DNA of 64,000 nucleotides, taken from positions 1 to 64,000 of IMG/VR virus record IMGVR_UViG_3300035696_000005; one strand, given 5' to 3'. Shown piece after piece: positions 19,661-29,475 of this stretch. Below the pieces are notes generated by a model that was given only the letters and a program-made list of their open reading frames with translations, did not search any database and was not told the origin of the DNA. The position numbers were made by a program, and so were the translations under genes. Position 1 is the stretch's first letter, and the number at the start of each line of letters is the position of its first letter. The DNA is from a virus.

Positions 19661-19873
19661 CTATTCTTGAAATAGCGCCGAATGATCTTCGTGCTCAAGC
19701 TTCATTTCACGAAGCTTCTTTTGCTCGTCGGCAAGCGCCTTCTGATCAGAAGCAAGTCGCTTCTGGATCGTAATGATGTTGTCCACGCGTTGCTTTACCA
19801 ACGCCTCAAATGCTTTCTCCGCATTCGCCTTCTTTTCTTCCAGTGTTTTGCGTGCAATTTCTAGTGCGTTCAT
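19661..19873 (-). CDS. Coiled-coil hypothetical protein
   Basis: AGGAG RBS. Confidence 0.65.
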   Translation of the reverse strand: MNALEIARKTLEEKKANAEKAFEALVKQRVDNIITIQKRLASDQKALADEQKKLREMKLEHEDHSALFQE

Positions 19874-20133
19874 GTTTCTCCTTGATCCAGCCCCATGCTG
19901 GTATTGATATCGGTTGTAATGCTTGTGACTGCATCTTGAATACGTTTCAGGGTTTCGGGGCTCAAGGCAAAGTTAACGTCATCACCATAGCCGCCACCGA
20001 AGGCTTGCTTGGCCAGAACCTTTCCATTACTTCCCATGAGATCGTATTTACCAGTTGTTTTGAGTATTCCGCTAGACGAATCCCACCGGATGCCTAATTC
20101 GGCGACTCTTGCTCCTGCGATTGTGATTGCCAT
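19870..20133 (-). CDS. Hypothetical protein
   Basis: Coupled operon ORF. Confidence 0.65.
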   Translation of the reverse strand: MAITIAGARVAELGIRWDSSSGILKTTGKYDLMGSNGKVLAKQAFGGGYGDDVNFALSPETLKRIQDAVTSITTDINTSMGLDQGET

Positions 20134-20135
20134 TT

Positions 20136-20483
20136 TTACCTATTCCTCCCTACATCTTCGATTGCGACCCACGCAGCTTGCGGAACGCAGAGCTCATCAA
20201 TCACTTTGACTCGATCAGGAAAGTGAAGAGTTGTCTCTTTGCGGTGCGAGGTCCACGTATCTCCCCACTTATCCGCTGCCTTAATCCTGAGTGTTGCGGT
20301 ATTGCCTGTTTCAGTGCGCCCCCCATGAAGGTAGATTGTATTTCTCTTTTTTGAAAACCCAAGTGACGTTACTCTTCCCATCCGAAGAACAGCAGAACGA
20401 CCTGCAGAAGCTGCATAAACAACGTAGCTTCCGACACTGATGGGCTGTCCAGTAATGTCATGATGTGTGAAGCTTTGTGACAT
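20136..20483 (-). CDS. Hypothetical protein (SH3/KOW-like beta barrel)
   Basis: DITGQPISVGSYVVY start, typical of small phage proteins. Confidence 0.6.
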   Translation of the reverse strand: MSQSFTHHDITGQPISVGSYVVYAASAGRSAVLRMGRVTSLGFSKKRNTIYLHGGRTETGNTATLRIKAADKWGDTWTSHRKETTLHFPDRVKVIDELCVPQAAWVAIEDVGRNR

Positions 20484-20832
20484 GCTCTTTCTCCTCTACC
20501 TCAATCTTATGATTCCTCGACATCCAAACCTCAGGTTTAATGTTCCTGAACCAATCCGATACAGTGGGAATTCTCCCACCACAATCCTCCATCACGTGCT
20601 GCTCACCAATGTAACGAACAGGCACCTTCTTTCCGTCTGAGTTTGTAATCGTGTGTCCAAAGATCCTTTCTGCTTCAAAGATCCCCTGGGAGTGATGCCT
20701 CAAAGCGCGGTGCCTGAAATCAGCAAACGTCTCCTTGGTTGCATCAAACCAGTCATGAATGGGGAGATAATCCTCGATCTTACCTCCCCAGAGCTTGACC
20801 GATGTTTCCGAGTGGTGTGTGGTGTGGCTCAT
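20458..20832 (-). CDS. DUF6915-like His-rich protein
   Basis: HH..S...WGG..EDYLPIHDWFD..K...DFRHRALRHHSQGIFEAERIFG. Confidence 0.65.
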   Translation of the reverse strand: MSHTTHHSETSVKLWGGKIEDYLPIHDWFDATKETFADFRHRALRHHSQGIFEAERIFGHTITNSDGKKVPVRYIGEQHVMEDCGGRIPTVSDWFRNIKPEVWMSRNHKIEVEEKEHVTKLHTS

Positions 20833-21299
20833 AGCTCGTGCTCGCTATAGTTTGTCTCGGTATAGTTATCGCCATGATCCATCCTGAAGCTGCCTTTAGA
20901 GACATCGATCACGATCTCACCTTGTGCGCCATCGTTGTTGAAGCATCCGGGGTGCTCAAGATCAAGCCACTCACCGGCAAACTCGTAAAGAGCGTCCTTG
21001 AGTGTGAGAAGCTTTTTGTTGAACTTATTAACCCATTTTCCACGCTCGGGCGTACCTTCGAAAACGCTAGACTCTGAGATTACCTCAACTTCAAGAACGC
21101 TAGCAGCCGTTAATGGCGTGCCGTCTTTTGTCACGCAAGCCTCGTCAATACATCCATCGTCACCACCGCCACTGTATGTGATAACTACTTTATCCGCCTC
21201 AAGTTGCTTAAGCGCAGCAAGTAAAATAGGTTTATTCACCCTGAGCATATCAGTGACATTAGCGCGTTTCTTACCTGGTTTTCTGAGGAGCTCCTCCAT
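20829..21299 (-). CDS. DUF6878-like protein (start uncertain)
   Basis: ITYSGGGDDGCI and FNNDGAQGEI motifs. Confidence 0.6.
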   Translation of the reverse strand: MEELLRKPGKKRANVTDMLRVNKPILLAALKQLEADKVVITYSGGGDDGCIDEACVTKDGTPLTAASVLEVEVISESSVFEGTPERGKWVNKFNKKLLTLKDALYEFAGEWLDLEHPGCFNNDGAQGEIVIDVSKGSFRMDHGDNYTETNYSEHEL

Positions 21300-21318
21300 A
21301 ACCAGTTCAAGATATTCC

Positions 21319-21747
21319 TTAGATAGCGGATCTAAATCGTTCTGTTTCTTTCTTGTAGAGTTGCCTCTTGTGTTTTTTTTCTCGGTGCCCTTTGAGTCGC
21401 CCTTCTGTCTTGAAAGCTTTTCCGCAGTACTCACAAATGTGTTCTCCTTTCGGCATCACGTTCTCAAGTAGATCGCCATCACAGGGAAGATCATAACCCT
21501 GCAGATGATCCCTGATCGGCGCTTCATGTTTCTTGAGAACTTCCTTGATTGTTTCCTCATTACGCTTGGCCCACTCGAAGAATTCGACGCAGTTGACTCG
21601 GCATACTTTTTTAGCTCGCAGTGCGATACATGCGTCAGAATGTTTTTGGTGTAGAAAGAGCGGGCAATGAAAGATCTTATAGGGACGGGATTTCGTTACC
21701 GGAGCCTGGGACACGGTCCCCTTTACACACCTTCTCCTTTTCTGCAT
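21319..21747 (-). CDS. C2H2 zinc-finger protein
   Basis: CEYCGKAFKTEGRLKGHREKKH matches C-x2-C-x3-F-x5-L-x2-H-x4-H. Confidence 0.65.
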   Translation of the reverse strand: MQKRRRCVKGTVSQAPVTKSRPYKIFHCPLFLHQKHSDACIALRAKKVCRVNCVEFFEWAKRNEETIKEVLKKHEAPIRDHLQGYDLPCDGDLLENVMPKGEHICEYCGKAFKTEGRLKGHREKKHKRQLYKKETERFRSAI

Positions 21748-21952
21748 AAACCAGCTCCTTGAATTTTTGTCGATCCTTCATGGTTGGAAATGAAAACGTG
21801 TAAAGCTTCTCGTGTGGATACTCCACCATATCGTGGACCCTCCCCGAGAAGCGTTGAGCACTTAACTCCGCATCCAGTTCTTCACCGTGCCTGACCGATA
21901 TCAATACTTTGAATGTCGGTTTTCTTCTGTTGATAACGCCTTTGACTCCCAT
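21677..21952 (-). CDS. Hypothetical protein
   Basis: Operon ORF directly after the 21955 stop. Confidence 0.5.
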   Translation of the reverse strand: MGVKGVINRRKPTFKVLISVRHGEELDAELSAQRFSGRVHDMVEYPHEKLYTFSFPTMKDRQKFKELVYAEKEKVCKGDRVPGSGNEIPSL

Positions 21953-21954
21953 AA

Positions 21955-22416
21955 TTACCAGCTCATCGTAGTGCCCGTGCTGCCATATTGTCTGGAGAAC
22001 GGATCATTATAGTTTGTTGTCGCCGCAGCAGCTGGGGCTGCTAGGTTCACCGCTGTCTTATGCTTGGTCAACGACTCCATTGCCGAGCTCAGCACCATCG
22101 AGCAGATGTCGACAATGAAATTGAAGACCGATAGCATGAATGCCTTTTTCGTGAAATCCCAAAGTACCTCAAGTAGCTTCTTTGCCAGCCCTTCCAGGCG
22201 CTTCATCCAACCCCAGTTCTTTTGTTTCCGTGCAAGTCTAGCCTGTCCTTCAAGACTCCTTGCAGCACTCAGAAGATCTCCTGCCTCTCCAGCGATGCTT
22301 GTCCCTGTTTGCTTTACAGCCTCTGTGCTGTCAAAAGGGTTTTCCACTCGTACCTCCTTGAGCTTCTTGTTGGGTTGCTCTAAGTGATGTACACTCAGAG
22401 CTAATGTGTTACTCAT
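21955..22416 (-). CDS. Hypothetical protein
   Basis: First gene behind the TATAAG motif. Confidence 0.65.
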   Translation of the reverse strand: MSNTLALSVHHLEQPNKKLKEVRVENPFDSTEAVKQTGTSIAGEAGDLLSAARSLEGQARLARKQKNWGWMKRLEGLAKKLLEVLWDFTKKAFMLSVFNFIVDICSMVLSSAMESLTKHKTAVNLAAPAAAATTNYNDPFSRQYGSTGTTMSW

Positions 22417-22420
22417 TGTT

Positions 22421-22447
22421 CTTATATCCAGAATTGAAAGAAATTTT
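22421..22447 (-). promoter_or_regulatory. AAA-N-G-N-TATAAG promoter-like motif
   Basis: GGAAAATTTCTTTCAATTCTGGA-TATAAG. Confidence 0.5.
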
Positions 22448-22466
22448 CCTAACTAATTGAAATTAC

Positions 22467-25400
22467 ATGAGAACTTTTTCCGGTGCTGAACAGTTCGATG
22501 CTCTAAAGAAGACTGTCGTTGATAGTTATCAAAAGCTGTTTCCTGTCCAAAAAGATCCAAAAGGTCCAAGTTTGCACCTCAATAAAATCTGGGTCGACGA
22601 CGAATCGCTTGATCCACATGATTATGTTGACCAGAAAAAGACCCGCCTTGCAGGCAATACTTGGGGTGCTCCAGTCTACGCATCGCTTGATCTGAAGGAC
22701 GCTTCAGGAAAAGTTATTGATCACCTCGACAAGGTAAGACTCGCTACGATTCCACGCCTGACTCCTCGTGGCTCTTACATCGTCAATGGCAACGAACACC
22801 AAGTCGCCAACCAACTTCGCATGAAGATGGGTCCTTACATCCTGCGCTCCCAGCGAGGCGATGAATATAAAGCCGCGCTTAACTTAGGTGGTGAATTCAA
22901 TCGCCGTTTTGAAGTCCACTTTGATCCAGTCAATAACAAGTACACAACCAAAATCGATCAAAGCACGATGCCGCTTTACCCGCTCATGCACGCTATGGGT
23001 GTAAGCGATGAGGAAACGAAGAAGGCTTGGGGCGCTGATATCTTTGCAGCAAACAAGGTTGATCCAACCAAGTTTATGCCTAAGTATGCTGAGAAACTTT
23101 CTCGCACAAGGGCAGTGAGTCCTGAGGCAGCCAAAGAAGCCATACAGACTTACGCAAAAGGTGCAGTCGTTGATCCCAAGATTACAGAAGTCACGCTCGG
23201 AAAAGCTTACAGCCACCTTCATCCAAGCTTGATGCTAGATACAAGTAAAAAGCTCTTGAACGTTTATCAAGACAAAGAAGAGCCAGATGATCCGGAGAAC
23301 ATTCTTTTCAAAGAAGTTCTATCTGTCGAGGACATGCTTAAGGATTCCCTAAGCCAGAAGCAAAAGATCCAAGGACTGAAGTTCATGCTTTCTCGTCACC
23401 TAGGTAAGCGTGACAAGATCAAAGACATGATTGACTTTAAGAAGCTCTCGGCACCCGTTGAGTACTTCTTTACTCACGATGACCGTGTCTCGCAGCCTGA
23501 GCAGTATAATCCAGTTCACATGATCTCAGAAATCCACAAGCTCACCATGACTGGAACGGGCGGTATCAAAGACCCTCATACCATCAGCCCTGAGATTCGT
23601 GAAGTCCATCCCTCTCACGTAGGCTTTGTTGATCCAGTCCACACTCCTGAATCTGAGAAAATCGGTGTGATGCTTCACCTTGCTACCGGAACAATGAAGG
23701 ACGGTCGTGAGATTAGAACTCCCGTCATTAATACCAAAACGATGAAGCAGGAGTATCTGACTCCGCACGAACTTTACCGTAAAAGCGTTGCTTTCCCAGA
23801 TGAAGCAAAAATCGCAAACGGGAAGCTCCACTATACAAGTGATAAGATCAAAACTCAGAGACTTGGTAAGCTCACGATTGCTAAGCCATCCGAAGTGGAA
23901 TACATTCTTCCCTCTCACTCGGCTCTTTTTAGCTATTCGACAAACCTAATTCCATTTCTCCAAAACGACCAGGGCACTCGTGCCATGATGGGCACTAAAC
24001 ACTTGGGTCAGGCTATCCCACTTGTTGAGCGCGAAGCCCCACACGTTCAAACGGACATCGGTGATGGAAAGACGTTTCACCAGGCTATCGGTCAGCAGTT
24101 CTCAGTTCACGCGCCCGTTGCAGGGAAGGTAACTAAGATCACCTCGGATCACATCGAAATCGGCAAAACAAGAATTCCGCTTTACAACGATTTCCCGCTT
24201 AACCAAAAAACTTACCTCCACCACGAACCCGTAGTAAAAGTGGGTGATAGCGTTAAAGAAGGGCAGCTTCTTGCTGATTCAAACTTCACTAAGGGCGGCA
24301 CTCTTGCTTTGGGTAAGAATCTCACTGTTGCTTATCTGCCGTATCCAGGGCTTACGTTCGAAGACGGTATCGTGATCACTGAGAGTGCGGCAAAGAAGCT
24401 CTCCTCTCAGCACATCTACAAACATACCTATGAAACTGAGCCCGAGAACAAGATCACAGACTTTAGAAAGTACATGGCGTATTACCCAAACGCCTTGAGT
24501 AAAGAACACAAAACTAAGTTCGATGCAGATGGAGTTGTAAGAAAAGGCTCGCTAGTTAATCCGAATGATCTTCTTATCATGGGTTTGAAATACGACCTGG
24601 CTAACCCAGAAAACGCAACTCTCCGAAAGATCAATAAGGCTCTTCAAAAGCCTTGGTCAAATGCAGGCGTAAAGTATAAGGGCGAATTCCCAGGCATTGT
24701 CACTGACGTTGTTAAGCGCGCTGGTCAGGTCGATGTCTTTGTAAAGTCCGTAGAACCAGCTAAAGAATCCGATAAGCTCTCTGGCGTTCACGGGAACAAG
24801 GGTGTCATCACAAAGATTATCGCGGATAAAGATGCTCCACGCCTGGCTAATGGAACAGTGCCGGACGTGTTCCTTAACCCACACGGCATCATCGGTCGTA
24901 TTAACCTGGGGCAGATCTACGAATCAGCTGCGGGTAAGATTGCCGAAAAGACTAAAAAACCCTACGTAGTAAAAAACTTCTCAGGCGAGAACATCAACGA
25001 GAAGGTTCAGGGAGAGCTCAATAAGGCAGGCATTACTGACGAAGAAGAAATGTTTCTTCCAAACGGCAAACCTATCGGTAAAGTCCATGTGGGCAAGCCA
25101 TATATCCTAAGGCTCGCAAAGACGGGTAAGTCTGGATTCTCAGCCCGCATGCCGATGACAAGCTATGACCTAAACCGCCAGCCCGTTAAAGGTGGTGAGG
25201 AAGGAACGAAAGCACTTGACCTGATGACTTTCTACTCTATGCTTTCGCATGGGGCTAAAAAGAATCTGATCGACGCACACCAGAAAAGTGAGCAAAACGA
25301 TGAATATTGGCACGCTATTGAAATGGGTAAGCCACTTCCTGCTCCTAAACCTACTTTTGTTTTCAATAAGTTCATCAGTCTACTTCACGGTGCAGGAATC

Positions 25401-28400
25401 AACACAGTCAAACAAGGACAAGACGTGGTCCTGGCTCCTCTTACTGATGGAGCAGTCAAGCGACTAAGTCACGGTAAGATTGAAGAGCCAGAATTCCTTC
25501 ACGGAAAAGATCTCAAAGAAAAGCGTGGTGGATTCTTTGATCCGATCATCACAGGTGGCAAGTTTGGTACAAACTACACTCACGTTGAGCTTCCAGAAGC
25601 GCTCCCTAACCCTGTTTTTGAAAAGCCCATCCGCGTCCTAACAGGACTTAAACCTGCCGAATATATTGACGTGATTGCTGGCGTGAAGCACGTAAGAGCA
25701 GATGGAACGCTGACTGCTCAAGAAGAAAAAGGTGCTGTCACAGGTGGAGCTGGAATCTCAAGACTCCTAGGTAGGATCGATGTCGAAGGAGACATCAGTC
25801 GATTCAAAGATAAGCTCAAGACTGCAAAAACTGAGACAGAGACCGATCTACTCAATAAGAAGATGCGCTATCTAACGGCGCTAAAGGATCTCAATCTTAA
25901 GCCTGAAGAAGCCTACATGCGTAAGCTTGTTCCTGTGGTCCCGCCCCAGTTCAGACCCATCTACGAAATCCCTAAGCGCGGACTTCAGGTGGCTCCGGTA
26001 AACTACCTCTATCAGAGCGTCGGTCTTCTTTCCAAGGCGCATGACTATCCAGTGATGAAGCTCCTTCCGGATTCGGAAAAAGCCGAACTTAAGGCAGATA
26101 CATACAAGGCAACTCGTGCTCTTGCCGGACTTGAGCCAGTTCTTACTCGTAGCAAGGATCACCCGATTGAAGGCTTCGTTTCTCAGATCACAAGCTCAAG
26201 ACCTAAGAAGGGCTTCTTCATCAACAAGATCCTGGATCGCCGCCAAGATCTTGTTGGTCGTGGCGTTATTACCGCAGCCCCAGATCTAGATGTAGATGAG
26301 CTCGGAATTCCAGAGAAGATGGCTTGGAACATCTTTAGACCATTTGTTGTCAGGCAATACACAACTGCGGGTATCGGGGCGGATGTAGCTCGCCGTGAGA
26401 TCGAAGAAAAAGCTCCACGCGCCAAACAGATGCTTGAGGCGGCAATGAACCGGAGAACGGTTCTGATGAACCGCGCACCATCGCTTCATAAGTTCTCCAT
26501 CATGGCTTTTAAACCAAAACTTACAGAAGGGCTTGCCGTTCGTGTGCCGCCCCTTGTCCTCAAAGGCTTTGGCGGTGACTTCGACGGCGACGCTGTAACG
26601 ATTCACGTTCCGACAAGCGATCAGGCGTTAGAAGAATCCAGAAAGATGTACCCGTCCAATAACCTGTTTAAGCCGGGTACGGGTGAGCTTATGATCATGC
26701 CTTCTCAGGAAAGCGCGATCGGTCTTTACTTCCTATCCCAATCCACTGAAGGGCGTAAAAAGATCAATGCCCTTCTCCCCGATCAGTTTAAGATCAACGC
26801 GGAACTGAGCGCTAAAGCCGCAAAGCATCTCTACAACAAAATTGCAAAAGAAGATAAGTCAAACTACCACAAGATCGTTTTTGACCTCAAACAACTCGGA
26901 GATAAGACTGCTTATGAGCAGGGCTTCTCTGTTGGGATGAAGGATCTTGTTACGAGCAAGTCCCACGTGAAAGACCAGATCTTTGCTAAAGCCGATAAGG
27001 TTGCTGAGCAGCTTAGAAAGTCAATGAAGCCAGGCATTGATCAGGACCGCAAAGTTTCCGAGGTCTATAGTACTGCTGCAAAAGAAGCCTACCAGGAAAT
27101 CAAAGAAGACCTCAGAAAGAAAGACAACAACTTCTATCACATGGTCACTTCAGGCGCTCGTGGTAAGGATTCCCAGCTCATGCAGCTGGTCTCAGCGCCC
27201 GGTGTTGTAGCGGGTGCTAAAGATCGTCCTATTCCGGTACCAATTAAAAAATCATACGCCGAAGGACTCACAACCAGTGATTATTTCGTCTCCTCTTACG
27301 GTGTTCGTAAAGGCATGATGGATCGTGTTCTTCAAACATCTGCGCCTGGTGCTCTTAACAAAGAAATCATGGCAAGTACGCTCGATAACATCATCACTAT
27401 CGATGACTGCGAAACCCACAAGGGAATCGATCTTCCCGTCACAAGTCCTGACGTCTACGATCGCTTTCTTTCAAAAGATCAAGCAGGGTTCAAAAGAAAT
27501 ACGCAAGTCACGCCGCAACTCGTTTCTGCCTTTAATAGAAAAGGCATCAAGAGCGTGCAGGTTAGAAGCCCACTTAAGTGTACTGCTCCTAAAGGAACAT
27601 GTTCTCACTGTTACGGTCTTGATGAATTTGGGGCGCGTCCTCCTGTAGGAGAAAACGTCGGAGCCAAGACGGGTCAAGCGATGTCAGAGCCTATGACCCA
27701 GATGACGATGAAAACCTTCCACACAGGTGGCGTGGCGGGCGAAGCCCCTGTCGCTAAAGGCTTCGAGCGTATTCGTCAGCTTCTTCAGATGTCCAAGCAC
27801 GTTACGGGTGAGGCGGCTCTCGCGCACCTTGATGGAAAAGTAGATAAGATCCAGAAGCTTTCCACGGGCGGTTTTGATGTCCACATTGGAGGAGAGATCC
27901 ACAAGGTCGCTCCTCAGCGTGAACTCAAGGTCAAAGTCGGTGACATGGTGATGTCTGGAGACCCCATCTCCGCAGGAGTGATCAAACCACAAGATCTGCT
28001 CAAGTATAAAGGCATGCCCGCTGCCCAAAACTACGTAGTTGATGAACTTCATAAGTCTTACCAAAACCAAGATGTTCCAATGCAGCGGAAGATCTTTGAG
28101 ACGGTCGTTCGTTCGATTGGAAACCTGACCCGTGTTGTTCATGCACCAAAGCATGCTGAATTTAACGTAGGCGATATCGTGCCTTACACAACCGCAGAAC
28201 ACTATAACGAAACCCGAGCTCTTAAGCTTCCTACGGCAGACGCTACAGGCTACAAACTTCAGTTTAAAATCGGTAACCTCCCGCAACATCACGAGATTAC
28301 AGATAAGGACGTTTCTTACCTGAGAGGAATGGGATACAATCATGTGGATGTGGTGAAAGATCCTCTAATCCACGCCCCTGTTCTAACAGGTATTGACCGG

Positions 28401-28568
28401 CTTCCGATCAATAAGAAAAACTGGATGGCACAGCTAGGCTATAGAAGGATCAAAGATACGCTCACCGATGGCGCTGCTGAAGCCTGGAAGACAAGCCTTC
28501 AGGACACTCATCCAGTGCCAGCATTTGCGTACGGCGCTACGTTTGGCCAGAAGAAGGAGCACTACTAA
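22467..28568 (+). CDS. rpoBC: Fused beta-beta' DNA-directed RNA polymerase
   Basis: beta motifs DKLSGVHGNKGVI and NPHGIIGRINLGQ; beta' motifs NRAPSLH, GGDFDGD, SGARG and EPMTQMTMKTFHTGG. Confidence 0.95.
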   Translation: MRTFSGAEQFDALKKTVVDSYQKLFPVQKDPKGPSLHLNKIWVDDESLDPHDYVDQKKTRLAGNTWGAPVYASLDLKDASGKVIDHLDKVRLATIPRLTPRGSYIVNGNEHQVANQLRMKMGPYILRSQRGDEYKAALNLGGEFNRRFEVHFDPVNNKYTTKIDQSTMPLYPLMHAMGVSDEETKKAWGADIFAANKVDPTKFMPKYAEKLSRTRAVSPEAAKEAIQTYAKGAVVDPKITEVTLGKAYSHLHPSLMLDTSKKLLNVYQDKEEPDDPENILFKEVLSVEDMLKDSLSQKQKIQGLKFMLSRHLGKRDKIKDMIDFKKLSAPVEYFFTHDDRVSQPEQYNPVHMISEIHKLTMTGTGGIKDPHTISPEIREVHPSHVGFVDPVHTPESEKIGVMLHLATGTMKDGREIRTPVINTKTMKQEYLTPHELYRKSVAFPDEAKIANGKLHYTSDKIKTQRLGKLTIAKPSEVEYILPSHSALFSYSTNLIPFLQNDQGTRAMMGTKHLGQAIPLVEREAPHVQTDIGDGKTFHQAIGQQFSVHAPVAGKVTKITSDHIEIGKTRIPLYNDFPLNQKTYLHHEPVVKVGDSVKEGQLLADSNFTKGGTLALGKNLTVAYLPYPGLTFEDGIVITESAAKKLSSQHIYKHTYETEPENKITDFRKYMAYYPNALSKEHKTKFDADGVVRKGSLVNPNDLLIMGLKYDLANPENATLRKINKALQKPWSNAGVKYKGEFPGIVTDVVKRAGQVDVFVKSVEPAKESDKLSGVHGNKGVITKIIADKDAPRLANGTVPDVFLNPHGIIGRINLGQIYESAAGKIAEKTKKPYVVKNFSGENINEKVQGELNKAGITDEEEMFLPNGKPIGKVHVGKPYILRLAKTGKSGFSARMPMTSYDLNRQPVKGGEEGTKALDLMTFYSMLSHGAKKNLIDAHQKSEQNDEYWHAIEMGKPLPAPKPTFVFNKFISLLHGAGINTVKQGQDVVLAPLTDGAVKRLSHGKIEEPEFLHGKDLKEKRGGFFDPIITGGKFGTNYTHVELPEALPNPVFEKPIRVLTGLKPAEYIDVIAGVKHVRADGTLTAQEEKGAVTGGAGISRLLGRIDVEGDISRFKDKLKTAKTETETDLLNKKMRYLTALKDLNLKPEEAYMRKLVPVVPPQFRPIYEIPKRGLQVAPVNYLYQSVGLLSKAHDYPVMKLLPDSEKAELKADTYKATRALAGLEPVLTRSKDHPIEGFVSQITSSRPKKGFFINKILDRRQDLVGRGVITAAPDLDVDELGIPEKMAWNIFRPFVVRQYTTAGIGADVARREIEEKAPRAKQMLEAAMNRRTVLMNRAPSLHKFSIMAFKPKLTEGLAVRVPPLVLKGFGGDFDGDAVTIHVPTSDQALEESRKMYPSNNLFKPGTGELMIMPSQESAIGLYFLSQSTEGRKKINALLPDQFKINAELSAKAAKHLYNKIAKEDKSNYHKIVFDLKQLGDKTAYEQGFSVGMKDLVTSKSHVKDQIFAKADKVAEQLRKSMKPGIDQDRKVSEVYSTAAKEAYQEIKEDLRKKDNNFYHMVTSGARGKDSQLMQLVSAPGVVAGAKDRPIPVPIKKSYAEGLTTSDYFVSSYGVRKGMMDRVLQTSAPGALNKEIMASTLDNIITIDDCETHKGIDLPVTSPDVYDRFLSKDQAGFKRNTQVTPQLVSAFNRKGIKSVQVRSPLKCTAPKGTCSHCYGLDEFGARPPVGENVGAKTGQAMSEPMTQMTMKTFHTGGVAGEAPVAKGFERIRQLLQMSKHVTGEAALAHLDGKVDKIQKLSTGGFDVHIGGEIHKVAPQRELKVKVGDMVMSGDPISAGVIKPQDLLKYKGMPAAQNYVVDELHKSYQNQDVPMQRKIFETVVRSIGNLTRVVHAPKHAEFNVGDIVPYTTAEHYNETRALKLPTADATGYKLQFKIGNLPQHHEITDKDVSYLRGMGYNHVDVVKDPLIHAPVLTGIDRLPINKKNWMAQLGYRRIKDTLTDGAAEAWKTSLQDTHPVPAFAYGATFGQKKEHY

Positions 28569-29044
28569 TGGCATTTGCAGATGGCTTTAAAAAAGAAGCA
28601 GCCATGAGGGAGGTTGGTAGAGCAGCTGGTAAAGTGCTTTCTGCTCCTTTCAAAGCAGTTGGCGTAGCAGCTCATCATGGAGCTAAAGCCGTTGGTCGAG
28701 GTGCTAAAGGTTTCGCCGAAGGTGTAAGTGCAGGCTTCCCTGTTAAGAGACTTTCTCCTTCTGGAAAAGTTAAGCCCGAGCGCGGTGTAGGTCTTGGTGG
28801 GGCAAGAACTGAACAGGCCGCAAGGAAAGGTGAACTTAAACTTACCCCAGAAACAGAGCGCCAGCTCGCCAAAGGAAAAGCCAAAGAAGATATCAAGGAG
28901 CGCCACGAGAGAATTAAGCGCGGTCCTTCTTTCGCAAGAAGACACCCCATTCCAACAGCCCTGGCAGCTTACGGTGGCTACAAGCTTCTAACCTCGCCAT
29001 CTGAAGAAACCAGACAACCTCAAGTGATCTATCCGCAACAGTAA
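28568..29044 (+). CDS. GFxKxA-motif basic protein
   Basis: MAFADGFKKEA; TAATG coupling to the RNAP stop. Confidence 0.75.
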   Translation: MAFADGFKKEAAMREVGRAAGKVLSAPFKAVGVAAHHGAKAVGRGAKGFAEGVSAGFPVKRLSPSGKVKPERGVGLGGARTEQAARKGELKLTPETERQLAKGKAKEDIKERHERIKRGPSFARRHPIPTALAAYGGYKLLTSPSEETRQPQVIYPQQ

Positions 29045-29049
29045 AATTT

Positions 29050-29475
29050 ATGTTTACAGTTGGGTTTCTAAAAGAAGCAGCAAAGACGAAAGCTAAACCT
29101 GCCCCAAAAAGGCCAGATCCAAACTCTCGTCCTCAGCTTCTTTATCCTGCCGTTCCAGAGAACTTTGATGGTTGGCCGAATAAAATGGGAGCAGCGTCTC
29201 CTCCCATACTTAAGACCCCGCTACCAAGCCTCCCAAAGCACCCACAAGCGCTTGTAAGCCCTGTGGGAAGACAGAGTAGACTTCCTATGCCAAAGATGGC
29301 TGCAGCCAAACCTAAGCTCAAAAGAGGACCTCTCTGGGGGAAACTGACTATTTATGAACCACAGCCCCTTTACAGAAAGAAACCAGAATCACAGATGATC
29401 ACAGAGCCCCTTGGTGCGAGCATGCCGTGCCAGAGTACGGGTGGTGGCATTGCTGGTTACTACGGGTCAAATTGA
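29050..29475 (+). CDS. GFxKxA-motif Pro/Lys-rich protein
   Basis: MFTVGFLKEA. Confidence 0.7.
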   Translation: MFTVGFLKEAAKTKAKPAPKRPDPNSRPQLLYPAVPENFDGWPNKMGAASPPILKTPLPSLPKHPQALVSPVGRQSRLPMPKMAAAKPKLKRGPLWGKLTIYEPQPLYRKKPESQMITEPLGASMPCQSTGGGIAGYYGSN

